Both the position numbers and the translations under genes were made by a program. The notes under the pieces were generated by a model. It saw only the letters and a program-made list of their open reading frames with translations, was not told the DNA's origin and did no database searches. Below, one piece after another: positions 1-8,802 of a DNA stretch of 64,000 nucleotides. How positions within the stretch are numbered: position 1 is the stretch's first letter; every line of letters starts with the position of its first letter. Source of the stretch: Eubacteriales bacterium (GTDB lineage: Bacteria > Bacillota > Clostridia > Oscillospirales > CAG-272); NCBI GenBank assembly GCA_045654725.1, contig JAZONX010000039.1, forward strand, positions 6,747 through 70,746, given 5' to 3'.

Positions 1-999
1 GACAACTATATTTCCGACTTTGAAAATGTGCTTCCGCCGGAGTATTCGGAAATAACCTTGGATATCGGAGATCTTATCGAAATAGCAAGTCCGAAAGGGC
101 TTTTGAGCGAGATTATAGCGATTATGAGCGACGGGAAGGGAGAGATTGTTTCCTTCTTTCTCGTGCTTATAGGCTCTCTTGCCCTGATTTGCCTATCCTC
201 GCTCTGCCCCTCTGATATGTCGCGGTCGGTCGAGACGGTCGTATCGTCGGTGGTTTCTCTGTTGATTTTCGGGGTTTTAAAGCCTCTTTTCGATTCTGTA
301 CAAAACTCCTGTGAGCGCATTTGCGATTTTTTTGGCGCTCTCATACCAATAACTGCTGCAATAAACGCGGCGGGCGGTGGAATTTCTACCGCTTCGGTGC
401 AGGCCGGAGGAATGTATGCGGCACTTTCACTGATTGGCGGTATTGGCGGCAGCGTTATTACTGCAATCTCCTCCTTCGGTCTTGCGATGAGCCTTGTTTC
501 TCCCTTTGGCGGAGAAGGTGTTTTGTCGGTCAGCAAGGGTATTAAGAGCACTTTTAATTGGTTTATCGGTATTCTGACCGCTATACTAACGGGCGCTTTA
601 TCCTTGCAGACTATTATTTCCTCGGCGACTGACAGCGCTTCTATCCGCACAGCGCGTTATATGGCTTCCGGTTTAATTCCCGTTGTGGGCTCTACGGTCG
701 CGTCTGCGCTCTCGACCCTCGCTTCGGGATTATCCTATGCCAAGGGAATTATCGGCGGTGGCGCGATTGCTGTCATAATTTTTTTAGCTTTATCGCCTTT
801 GGTAATGCTTCTGCTTTATAGATTGGCGCTATCGCTTTGTCTGATTATTTCGGATTTTATTGGCTCATCCGCTGCCTCCAGAATTTTCACCTCCTTTAGG
901 TTTGCCCTCGATACCTTGGTCGCATATTATGCCATAACCACGATGGTTTTCATTTTTCAGATCGTTTTATTTATTAAGGTTGGAGTTGCTGTTTTATGA
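1..999 (+). CDS. spoIIIAE: Stage III sporulation protein AE, 5'-truncated by window edge
   Basis: The frame is open from base 1, with no stop before the GTG at 28. It is a polytopic membrane protein with Gly-rich helices (GGGISTASVQAGGMYAALSLIGGIGG). It is followed by AF/AG/AH-like genes in canonical order. Confidence 0.8.
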   Translation, partial: DNYISDFENVLPPEYSEITLDIGDLIEIASPKGLLSEIIAIMSDGKGEIVSFFLVLIGSLALICLSSLCPSDMSRSVETVVSSVVSLLIFGVLKPLFDSVQNSCERICDFFGALIPITAAINAAGGGISTASVQAGGMYAALSLIGGIGGSVITAISSFGLAMSLVSPFGGEGVLSVSKGIKSTFNWFIGILTAILTGALSLQTIISSATDSASIRTARYMASGLIPVVGSTVASALSTLASGLSYAKGIIGGGAIAVIIFLALSPLVMLLLYRLALSLCLIISDFIGSSAASRIFTSFRFALDTLVAYYAITTMVFIFQIVLFIKVGVAVL

Positions 1000-1454
1000 G
1001 AGAATACGCCATTGCGATTTTTGCCGTCTGTCTTATCAGCGGAGTGCTCGGACTTTTGTCGCACAAGACCTTTTCATCTGCCCAGCGATTTGTGTTTGGT
1101 GTGATTATTCTTTACGTTATTCTTACTCCGCTATCGGACTTAGCGAAAAATTTTGACCCGGACAGCCTTTCCGGCATTTTTGATTCAAGCGTTCAAACGC
1201 CTGACTACTCATACGAGAGTGTGGCTGAGGATGCCTTTGCGGAGGGAATTGTCAAGGCGGTGGCGGAGGAATTTTCGCTGGATAGAGAGAATATTCGAAT
1301 TGATATCGACGGCTTTGATTTTGAAAATATGTGCGCTAAAAAAATACGTATTATTCTCTCGGGCGGGGCTGCGCTCTCGGATTATCGCGAGATAGAGAGC
1401 TATATAAATAAAATAAATATTGGGGAGTGTAAGGTTGAAATTGAAATCGGATAG
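996..1454 (+). CDS. spoIIIAF: Stage III sporulation protein AF
   Basis: ATGA stop/start overlap with the upstream gene. 152 aa with two N-terminal hydrophobic helices and then a soluble domain. Position within the spoIIIA order supports the call. Confidence 0.7.
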   Translation: MREYAIAIFAVCLISGVLGLLSHKTFSSAQRFVFGVIILYVILTPLSDLAKNFDPDSLSGIFDSSVQTPDYSYESVAEDAFAEGIVKAVAEEFSLDRENIRIDIDGFDFENMCAKKIRIILSGGAALSDYREIESYINKINIGECKVEIEIG

Positions 1455-1800
1455 AGGCTTTCGCGATTTTTTGAAGGGCTCAAAAAACAGCTTGATGATA
1501 GGTTTGCTCCTGCTTGCGGGTCTGCTATTTATACTGATAGGAAGCTCGGGTGAAACAAAGACCGACACAAGCGAGGAGGAGCGTCTTTCGGAGATGTGCT
1601 CCATGATTGACGGAGTTGGCGAGTGTCGTGTGATGATAAATTACGGCGATAATGAGGTTACGGCGGTGCTCATTCTTTGCGAGGGCGCGGAGTCGGTTAA
1701 AGTGAGGCGCGATCTGACAGAGGCAGTATGTTCCTTCTACGGAATTGGGGCAAACAGAGTTGAAATCTTTTCGCTTAATGAGGAATATGCCGAGAAGTAG
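1420..1800 (+). CDS. spoIIIAG: Stage III sporulation protein AG (short clostridial form)
   Basis: One N-terminal TM helix (LMIGLLLLAGLLFILIG) and a C-terminal ring-building-like segment (GECRVMINY...VTAVLILCEGAESVKVRRDLTEAV). The start is uncertain: TTG 1420, or in-frame TTG 1435 after GGGGAG. Confidence 0.7.
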   Translation: MGSVRLKLKSDRGFRDFLKGSKNSLMIGLLLLAGLLFILIGSSGETKTDTSEEERLSEMCSMIDGVGECRVMINYGDNEVTAVLILCEGAESVKVRRDLTEAVCSFYGIGANRVEIFSLNEEYAEK

Positions 1801-1846
1801 CGGCATAGGATTTATCAAGTAACTAATTTTTAAGGAGAATCATACA

Positions 1847-2398
1847 ATGAAAATCGAAAAACTTAAGAACTTTTTTAAAACCAGAACTGCTAAAAGCATA
1901 GTTATCGCCTCTGCGGCGCTGCTTATCGGTCTTGCGGTTTATCTTAACTACCGTTGGTTCTACGATCCCACCGCATCGCTTGGCTTTGGTGATAATAATA
2001 TGGATGATAACTATTCCGACACCTCTACCACCGTCGGTGACGCAGATGAAAACGACTACTTCACATCCACCGCACTTGATCGCAAGGAGGCGCGCGACGA
2101 GGCGATTGACGTTCTCAAAATGGTGACCGAGAGCCCCGAGTCAAGCGAGGAAGCAAAGGCGGAGGCGCAGGCGAAGATCTCGAAGATCGCCGTTGATATT
2201 CAGAATGAGGCGAATATCGAAACTCTTGTCAAGGCAAAGGGATTTGAGGATTGTGTTGCTATAATCTCGGAGGATGCGGTTAGTGTAATTGTTAGCGCGG
2301 AGGCTCTTCAGGCGGCAGAGGCGGCACAGATACTTACCATCGTTTACGAAACTACCGGCATCAATCCCGAGAACGTGAGCATTATTAACAAGCCTTAA
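1847..2398 (+). CDS. spoIIIAH: Stage III sporulation protein AH-like
   Basis: AAGGAGA SD upstream. N-terminal TM anchor (IVIASAALLIGLAVYLNY), an acidic linker and a C-terminal alpha/beta domain. It is the last gene of the spoIIIA block. Confidence 0.65.
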   Translation: MKIEKLKNFFKTRTAKSIVIASAALLIGLAVYLNYRWFYDPTASLGFGDNNMDDNYSDTSTTVGDADENDYFTSTALDRKEARDEAIDVLKMVTESPESSEEAKAEAQAKISKIAVDIQNEANIETLVKAKGFEDCVAIISEDAVSVIVSAEALQAAEAAQILTIVYETTGINPENVSIINKP

Positions 2399-2435
2399 AG
2401 TTTACTTCAAATCTAGTCGCTTAAAGAAATAAAAA

Positions 2436-2462
2436 ATCGGCAGATCTCTCTGCCGATTTTTT
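2436..2462. terminator. Bidirectional intrinsic terminator between convergent genes
   Basis: Perfect 9-bp stem ATCGGCAGA/TCTGCCGAT with loop TCTC, flanked by an A-run on the left and a T-run on the right. Confidence 0.75.
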
Positions 2463-2474
2463 GGTATAAAATTA

Positions 2475-3446
2475 TTAGTCAACGTCCTCAACAACCGTCT
2501 CGGGGGTTATGTCAAGAACCTCGGGGTGATTGAGATAACGCATAAGCTGCTTGAATGCGGAGGCATAATAGAATCCGTCACAAATACGCTCATCGGTAAC
2601 AACCTTAAAGGAAACGAAGTGGTGGTTTTCCTTCTCGCCATCAATGGTGGTAACCTCTTTTGTAAACATCTTACCATAAGAAACGAAGATGGGAAGATGA
2701 CCGAAGTCATAAAGGTGGTGATAGATTGCGGGAATACCAAGCGAGCCCATAGATGTGATGATCATAGAGCCGTGGAAGGGGCTTATTTGGTGCAATGCCT
2801 TGGGAAGCATGCCGAAATAATCGAGAAAACGAAGAATTCCGATTGCCGAGCGAAGCATAAGGCCCGGAAGCTTAACGAGCTTTCCTACGATTGATTCAAA
2901 ATCGCCGTCCTCATTCTTTGCCTCAATAACGGTTTTTTGGAATTTCTTATACACGTTGTAGATGTTATCACGGGGATCGAACTCAACCTTGATACAGGTG
3001 TCGGGAGATTCGAGAGTCATGTCCTTTTTGATAGTCATAAGGCACTCGATCTTGTTTCTGTGATAGATCTTCTGTCCCGCGATAAAGCGGTGAATACCGG
3101 GACGCTCGCAAACTACTCTTACGTATGCTGCGAGAATAATGTGGAGAAGGCTCATATCTGTATAGCCCTCTTTCTTCTTTTCCGCAAGATACTTTTCGGC
3201 GTTGGAAATATCTATTTCTGCATCAAACTGGTTCTGCGAATCCGCTCTTACCTTCATAAGATAAGGCTCAAGGTAGTGCATAGGAGGCAGGGTTCTGAGA
3301 CGTCTGCCGTCGTATCTGTCACCAAGTTTTTTCTTGCGAGGCTTGTAGGCGGGGGTGTCATATTCGATAATACCCTCGTATTTTTCTTCCTTGCTGACCT
3401 TTTTTACGACCTTGTCTTCTTTTTTTTCAATAAGCGTTGTACTCAT
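2475..3446 (-). CDS. 2-oxoacid dehydrogenase E2 / CAT-fold acyltransferase catalytic-domain family protein (no lipoyl domain)
   Basis: 323 aa. The C-terminal segment VSFKVVTDERICDGFYYASAF aligns by eye with the E2 catalytic motif S-x-DHR-x-x-DG, with Glu in place of the catalytic His. Confidence 0.5.
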   Translation of the reverse strand: MSTTLIEKKEDKVVKKVSKEEKYEGIIEYDTPAYKPRKKKLGDRYDGRRLRTLPPMHYLEPYLMKVRADSQNQFDAEIDISNAEKYLAEKKKEGYTDMSLLHIILAAYVRVVCERPGIHRFIAGQKIYHRNKIECLMTIKKDMTLESPDTCIKVEFDPRDNIYNVYKKFQKTVIEAKNEDGDFESIVGKLVKLPGLMLRSAIGILRFLDYFGMLPKALHQISPFHGSMIITSMGSLGIPAIYHHLYDFGHLPIFVSYGKMFTKEVTTIDGEKENHHFVSFKVVTDERICDGFYYASAFKQLMRYLNHPEVLDITPETVVEDVD

Positions 3447-3702
3447 AAAAAGTCTCCGTCTTTTATTTTACGTAAGCCTCGACATTTTAACACATTGTGA
3501 ACAAAAAGTCAATAGATGTTCATTATTTTGCTGTTTTTCGACTCATAAAACGCCTCTTTTTTGCAATTTTCGACAGTTTTATTTTGGTAAAATATACCTA
3601 AAAACGCTTATTTTTTTGGCTATTTTGAACAATGAGGTCTGAAAAAGGTGTGGTAAGCGGCCTGTTTTTTGGTTGCTTTTTATAAAATTGATGAAAATGC
3701 CA

Positions 3703-3731
3703 TTGACTAACTCAAATTTCTGTGATAAAAT
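3703..3731 (+). promoter_or_regulatory. Sigma-A-type promoter for asd
   Basis: TTGACT, 17 nt, then TAAAAT with TGn extended -10 (TGATAAAAT), about 45 nt before the asd ATG. Confidence 0.5.
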
Positions 3732-3774
3732 AGTACAGTTTAATAGATATTTTAGATATAGGTAGGATCAAATT

Positions 3775-4851
3775 ATGCAAAAACTTAAGGTCGGTATTAT
3801 CGGCGCGACCGGTATGGTTGGCCAGAGATTTATAATGCTCTTAAACGAGCATCCTTATTTTGAGATCACAGCTCTTGTGGCGAGCCCTCGCTCTGCAGGA
3901 CAGAAGTACGGCAAGGCCGTTCTTGGCAGATGGAAGATGACCGAGGCATGTCCCGAGAGAATTCTCAATATGGAGATCATTTCCTCCGACGAGGTTCAGC
4001 GCGTTGGCGAACTCGTTGACTTTGTGTTCTGTGCGGTTGCTATGTCCAAGGAAGAGACCAAGGCTCTTGAGGAGAGATATGCAAAGGCGGAGATTCCTGT
4101 TGTTTCGAACAACTCTGCGAACAGATGGACTCCCGACGTTCCTATGGTTATTCCCGAGATTAATGATTCTCACCTTGAGGTCATCGAGGCACAGAGAAAG
4201 CGCCTTGGCACAAAGCGTGGATTTATAGCGGTAAAGCCTAACTGCTCTATTCAGTCCTATGTTCCTCTTCTTACACCTCTTATGAAGTACGGCATCAAGG
4301 AGGTTGTTGCTACAACCTATCAGGCTATTAGTGGCGCGGGCAAGACCTTTAACGAGTGGCCCGAGATGGTTGATAACCTCATTCCATTTATCGGTGGCGA
4401 GGAAGAGAAGAGTGAGAAGGAGCCTCTCCGCGTTTGGGGAAGCGTAGAGGATGGCAAGATCGTTCCTGCTACAAGCCCTGTTATCACTACGCAGTGTCTT
4501 CGCGTTCCGGTGACCGACGGTCATACCGCGGCTGTGTTTGTTAAGTTTGAAAACAAGCCCACAAAGGAAGAAATCCTTGATGCGTGGAAAGATTATCAGG
4601 GCAAGCCCCAGACACTCGGTCTGCCATCTGCTCCCGAGCAGTTTATCACTTACTTTGAGGAGGATAACCGTCCTCAGGCAAGACTCGATCGCGACATCTA
4701 CGGCGGTATGGGTATCACCGCGGGCAGACTCCGTGAGGACACACTTTACGACTATAAGTTCGTAGGCCTTTCCCACAACACCCTTCGCGGCGCGGCAGGC
4801 GGCGCGGTTCTTATCGCAGAGCTTCTTTACAGAGAGGGATACTTCAATTAA
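3775..4851 (+). CDS. asd: Aspartate-semialdehyde dehydrogenase
   Basis: Rossmann motif IIGATGMVGQRF, active-site Cys context KPNCSIQSY, and C-terminal SHNTLRGAAGGA. Confidence 0.9.
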   Translation: MQKLKVGIIGATGMVGQRFIMLLNEHPYFEITALVASPRSAGQKYGKAVLGRWKMTEACPERILNMEIISSDEVQRVGELVDFVFCAVAMSKEETKALEERYAKAEIPVVSNNSANRWTPDVPMVIPEINDSHLEVIEAQRKRLGTKRGFIAVKPNCSIQSYVPLLTPLMKYGIKEVVATTYQAISGAGKTFNEWPEMVDNLIPFIGGEEEKSEKEPLRVWGSVEDGKIVPATSPVITTQCLRVPVTDGHTAAVFVKFENKPTKEEILDAWKDYQGKPQTLGLPSAPEQFITYFEEDNRPQARLDRDIYGGMGITAGRLREDTLYDYKFVGLSHNTLRGAAGGAVLIAELLYREGYFN

Positions 4852-4927
4852 AATACAGAGCGATAGGCCGTTTTAGGTCTGTCGCTTTTTGTCATCCGTT
4901 TATGTGACCAAGTCACAAAAAAATGTG

Positions 4928-4957
4928 TTGACTTTTTTCTTTCCACCGTGGTATAAT
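4928..4957 (+). promoter_or_regulatory. Sigma-A-type promoter for rubrerythrin
   Basis: TTGACT, 18 nt, then TATAAT preceded by TGG (extended -10). Confidence 0.5.
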
Positions 4958-5020
4958 AATCACGTAGAGCAAAGCTCCGCAAATGAAAATAAAAAAATTT
5001 ATATAAAGGAGATTTCAGGA

Positions 5021-5554
5021 ATGAATCTTAAGGGATCCAAAACAGAACAGAATCTTATGACCGCTTTCGCAGGCGAATCTCAGGCAAGAAACAAGTACAC
5101 CTACTTTGCATCCGTAGCAAAGAAGGAAGGATATGAGCAGATCGCTGCTATTTTCGAGGAGACTGCTAACAACGAAAAGGAACACGCAAAGCTTTGGTTC
5201 AAGGCTCTTGGCGGACTTGGTGATACCGCGGCTAACCTTCTTGCAGCAGCAGAGGGCGAAAACTACGAGTGGACCGATATGTATGACACCTTCGCAAAGG
5301 AAGCAGAGGAGGAGGGCTTCAAGGCTCTTGCTGCTCAGTTCAGAATGGTTGCAGCTATCGAGAAGGCTCACGAGGAGAGATACAGAAAGCTCCTTTCCAA
5401 CATCGAGCTTCAGCAGGTATTTGAGAAGTCCGAGATGACCATGTGGGAGTGCCGTAACTGCGGTCACCTCGTAATGGGCAAGAAGGCTCCCGGTGCATGC
5501 CCTGTTTGTGCTCATCCCCAGAGCTTCTTCGAGGTTAGAAAAGAGAATTATTAA
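5021..5554 (+). CDS. rbr: Rubrerythrin
   Basis: Diiron ferritin-like domain ([38 protein letters not shown]) plus a C-terminal rubredoxin with CRNCGH...CPVCAHP. The start is set at ATG 5021 after AAGGAG; the longer ORF from 4889 adds non-homologous residues. Confidence 0.9.
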   Translation: MNLKGSKTEQNLMTAFAGESQARNKYTYFASVAKKEGYEQIAAIFEETANNEKEHAKLWFKALGGLGDTAANLLAAAEGENYEWTDMYDTFAKEAEEEGFKALAAQFRMVAAIEKAHEERYRKLLSNIELQQVFEKSEMTMWECRNCGHLVMGKKAPGACPVCAHPQSFFEVRKENY

Positions 5555-5586
5555 TCAAAAATAAATACAGCGGATCATTCCGCTTC

Positions 5587-5621
5587 AACTGTCGCAGATA
5601 AACGTCTGCGACAGTTTTTTT
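5587..5621 (+). terminator. Intrinsic terminator after rbr
   Basis: Stem AACTGTCGCAGA/TCTGCGACAGTT with loop TAAACG, followed by a T7 run. Confidence 0.8.
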
Positions 5622-5754
5622 ATAGATTTAAAAAATATCCATTTTATGTTATTGAAATATTTTTTTATCTATGATATAATTATAATGGATAAATATAATT
5701 GGAGAGTATACACTCAACCCAAATGGTGAAAGAAATGCAAAGGAGAAGCTTTCT

Positions 5755-6444
5755 ATGAAAATACTTATTGCAGATGATGAAATAGAAATCAGAAAGGTCT
5801 TAAAACTTCTGCTTGAGAACGCGGGATACAGCATAATCGAGGCGCAGGATGGCCAGAAGGCTGTCGAGGCGGTTCGCGAGGATAGGGAAATCGACCTGTG
5901 CATTATGGATATTATGATGCCATCAATGAACGGAATTGAGGCGACACAGAAAATTCGCGAATTTTCCACACTTCCAGTGCTTTTTCTTACTGCGAAGTCC
6001 TTGGACAGCGATAAGGAGGCGGCATATTCGGGCGGCGGCGACGATTATCTCGTGAAGCCTTTCTCCTCTCGCGAGCTGCTTATGAAGGTAGAGGCGCTCA
6101 CACGCCGATATAATACTTATAGCGCAAAGACTGCGGTTGGCGAGGCTATTCGCCTTTGGGGCGGAGTTGTTCTTATGCCCGAGAGCCGCGAGGTCACTAA
6201 AAACGGAACGTCCATTGACGTTCGCGATAAGGAAATGGATATGCTTATTTTCCTTGCAAAAAACAGAGGAAAGGTAGTAGATTCCAGGACTCTTTACGAA
6301 AACGTATGGGAGGAGATGCCTCTTCCCTCATCGAACAACACCGTCACCGTGCACATATTAAATCTTCGCAGAAAGTTGGAGGACGACCCTTCAAACCCGA
6401 AGATAATTCGTACGGTGTGGGGAAAGGGATACCAAATTGACTGA
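5755..6444 (+). CDS. OmpR/PhoB-family response regulator
   Basis: Receiver domain (ADDE, phospho-acceptor context CIMDIMMP, LVKP) plus a winged-helix output domain (TVHILNLRRKLE...IRTVWGKGY). Confidence 0.9.
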   Translation: MKILIADDEIEIRKVLKLLLENAGYSIIEAQDGQKAVEAVREDREIDLCIMDIMMPSMNGIEATQKIREFSTLPVLFLTAKSLDSDKEAAYSGGGDDYLVKPFSSRELLMKVEALTRRYNTYSAKTAVGEAIRLWGGVVLMPESREVTKNGTSIDVRDKEMDMLIFLAKNRGKVVDSRTLYENVWEEMPLPSSNNTVTVHILNLRRKLEDDPSNPKIIRTVWGKGYQID

Positions 6445-7855
6445 TCACAAGGAATTTTACAGCATTCCGAAATATAAATCTCTATACATCGGTCTTTTGA
6501 GAAACCTTGTTCTCGGTATCCTTCTTGCTTTATTGGTCTGGGGTGTGATAACCATTCCCTCAACCTATTTTATCAACAGATATTTCGTTAGTGATGAGAT
6601 GCAGGCGAAGCGACGAGCAGAATATTTTGAGGATCTTCAGAATTATGCTCTCTCTAATCATCTGACGCTCGACACCTCCAACGAGCTTGCCGAGTGGGTG
6701 AGAAAAAATCAATACGTTTATCTGCTTGTATATCAGGGTAGCGAGGATCAGACACCATCTGCCGACAACGAGGCGGTTGCCCCCGGAGCGAAGGATAAGC
6801 TGACCGAGTATTCGGGTGCGCGCATTGACGAATCGATTGATAGAAATCGACTTGTTGCCGAGGCGAGATCTCACGGATATATGAGACTTCATTTGTCCGA
6901 TGGAAGCGTTATCGTTGCATTGACCGAATATACCGAGAACCTATATTTTATGGCGCTTGACTTCATAGGAATTATGGCGGCAGCCCTTACTTTTCTGCTG
7001 ATGCTCGTGCGCTATATTCGAATAGTTATCGAGCGTATCAAGAGGTTTGAGAGCGATATTACCATCGTTTCGGAAATCGATATGAATTACGAGATTATCA
7101 GCGAGGGCGCTGACGAGATCGCCAACCTGTCGAAAAAGGTTGAAACTATGCGACAGACCATGCTTGACCACATCAAGAGCGAGCAGGAGGCAAGAGAGGC
7201 GAATACCGAGCTTATCACCTCGATTTCCCACGACATCAGAACACCTCTGACCATCATTATGGGATATATTGAGATGATGAAGGAGCATAACGAGGGCGAT
7301 GAAACTATGGATAGCTATATTTCGGCTACCGAGAGCACCGCTTTAAGACTTAAGCAGCTGTCGGACGAGATGTTCAAATACTCTCTGCTATTTGGAGATA
7401 CCGACAAGATGCTGAAGCTTGAGGAATATGATGCAATCACTCTGTTCGACCAGATCTTGTCCGAGCATATTCTTCTTATGCGCGAGCGCGGATACGACAT
7501 CAGACTCTTTGAGTTTGGTAAAAGCATTGAGGAGGGAAGCGTGGTTAACACCGATCCTCAAAATCTGATGCGAATTGTCGATAACGTTTTCTCGAATATG
7601 TCGAAATATGCCGACAAGGACCACACCATTATGATCAATAAGGGTATGGTAGGCTCAACCATGGTTATAGAGTTTAAAAATAAAATCAGCCACGATGTTG
7701 AGGGCGCGGAGAGCAACGGAATAGGTCTTAAGACCTGCGTGCGTCTTGGCACTCTCGTTGCCCGTAAATTTGAATGTGAGAGTGATGGCGAGTATTTCAC
7801 CTGCCGTCTGATTATGGACATCAAAAAGCCTGGGAAAGGAGGAGAGATGGCGTGA
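6437..7855 (+). CDS. Sensor histidine kinase
   Basis: Overlaps the regulator gene by 8 nt. Two TM helices flank an extracytoplasmic segment. H-box SHDIRTPL, N-box DNVFSNMSKYA, G-box NGIGLK. Confidence 0.9.
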   Translation: MTDHKEFYSIPKYKSLYIGLLRNLVLGILLALLVWGVITIPSTYFINRYFVSDEMQAKRRAEYFEDLQNYALSNHLTLDTSNELAEWVRKNQYVYLLVYQGSEDQTPSADNEAVAPGAKDKLTEYSGARIDESIDRNRLVAEARSHGYMRLHLSDGSVIVALTEYTENLYFMALDFIGIMAAALTFLLMLVRYIRIVIERIKRFESDITIVSEIDMNYEIISEGADEIANLSKKVETMRQTMLDHIKSEQEAREANTELITSISHDIRTPLTIIMGYIEMMKEHNEGDETMDSYISATESTALRLKQLSDEMFKYSLLFGDTDKMLKLEEYDAITLFDQILSEHILLMRERGYDIRLFEFGKSIEEGSVVNTDPQNLMRIVDNVFSNMSKYADKDHTIMINKGMVGSTMVIEFKNKISHDVEGAESNGIGLKTCVRLGTLVARKFECESDGEYFTCRLIMDIKKPGKGGEMA

Positions 7856-8757
7856 TCTTTTTTAAGGTGCTGACCGAAAAAAGCAAGAACGACGTTATTG
7901 GTTTGCTCACCGAGGCAATTAATGATATTGATATTGATTACGCTGGCGAAATTCTCGATTCGCTTCTCATGGATAATGAGTGCGAGTATGCTATCTCCAA
8001 TGCCTTCGACTGTATGTTGATAAGGATATTTGACGGAGCATACTCCTTCGCCTATCCGGTCGCCCTGACCGATAAGGCAAATCCCACGCACGCGGCATGG
8101 GAGATACGTGAGTATTCCGTCAAGGAGGAGATTCCTCTTGTGTACGTTGACGTACCTCGCGAGGAGCTCGGCGCTCTTATCGTGCTATACCGTCATGCCA
8201 ACATAGATGCATCAGACGAGAGTGGAGATAGCTTCAGAGTTAGTATTATGAGTGAGGCTGCTCTGCTTGACGATCTTCCCACTATGCAGATCGATGACTT
8301 GACTCTCGATGCTCTCACATGTGCAGACGACCAAGTGTATTCCTGTCTATGCCGTGACGAGATGGTGAATAAATATTGGGGATACGATTATCGTGAGGAC
8401 GAGGATGACCCCGATGACTCATATTTCAGAGAGGTTGCAGAGGGTGAATTTTCCCGTGGTATTTCTATGACCTTCGCGGTAAGAAATAACGGTGAGTTTG
8501 CAGGCGAAGCGCTGCTTTACGCATTCGACCATCTTGGCGGCTGCGAGTGCGCGGTAAGACTCCTGCCAAAATTCACAAGAAAGAATATAGCCACAAAGGC
8601 GATCCTTGCACTTAAGGCGATTGCCGGGAATATGGGACTCTTGGAGATCTATGCCACAATTGATTCAGAAAATTACGCTTCTCACAGGCTCTGTGAAAAG
8701 TGCTTTACAAGTGTTGAAAAAATCGGATTAAGATCGAGATATTCTGCGTCTTTGTAA
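7852..8757 (+). CDS. Hypothetical protein with C-terminal GNAT-like acetyltransferase domain
   Basis: GTG start overlaps the kinase TGA. The C-terminal ~130 aa (FAVRNNGEFAGEALLY...RKNIATKAILALKAIAGNMGLLEIYATIDSENYASHRL) resembles the RimJ/RimL-type GNAT fold. The N-terminal ~170 aa are unassigned. Confidence 0.5.
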   Translation: MIFFKVLTEKSKNDVIGLLTEAINDIDIDYAGEILDSLLMDNECEYAISNAFDCMLIRIFDGAYSFAYPVALTDKANPTHAAWEIREYSVKEEIPLVYVDVPREELGALIVLYRHANIDASDESGDSFRVSIMSEAALLDDLPTMQIDDLTLDALTCADDQVYSCLCRDEMVNKYWGYDYREDEDDPDDSYFREVAEGEFSRGISMTFAVRNNGEFAGEALLYAFDHLGGCECAVRLLPKFTRKNIATKAILALKAIAGNMGLLEIYATIDSENYASHRLCEKCFTSVEKIGLRSRYSASL

Positions 8758-8802
8758 ACTAACATTGACATTATGACAAAAAACAGGGAAGGAGAATGGA
8801 AA

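Noticed and set aside
3447-3774. Lysine (L-box) riboswitch upstream of asd
   Set aside because: The predicted promoter leaves only a ~40-nt leader, and no L-box-like conserved helices are visible.
4889-5020. 44-codon N-terminal extension of rubrerythrin
   Set aside because: The extension spans the predicted promoter (4928-4957) and adds non-homologous residues. ATG 5021 has a proper AAGGAG SD and starts the conserved rubrerythrin sequence.
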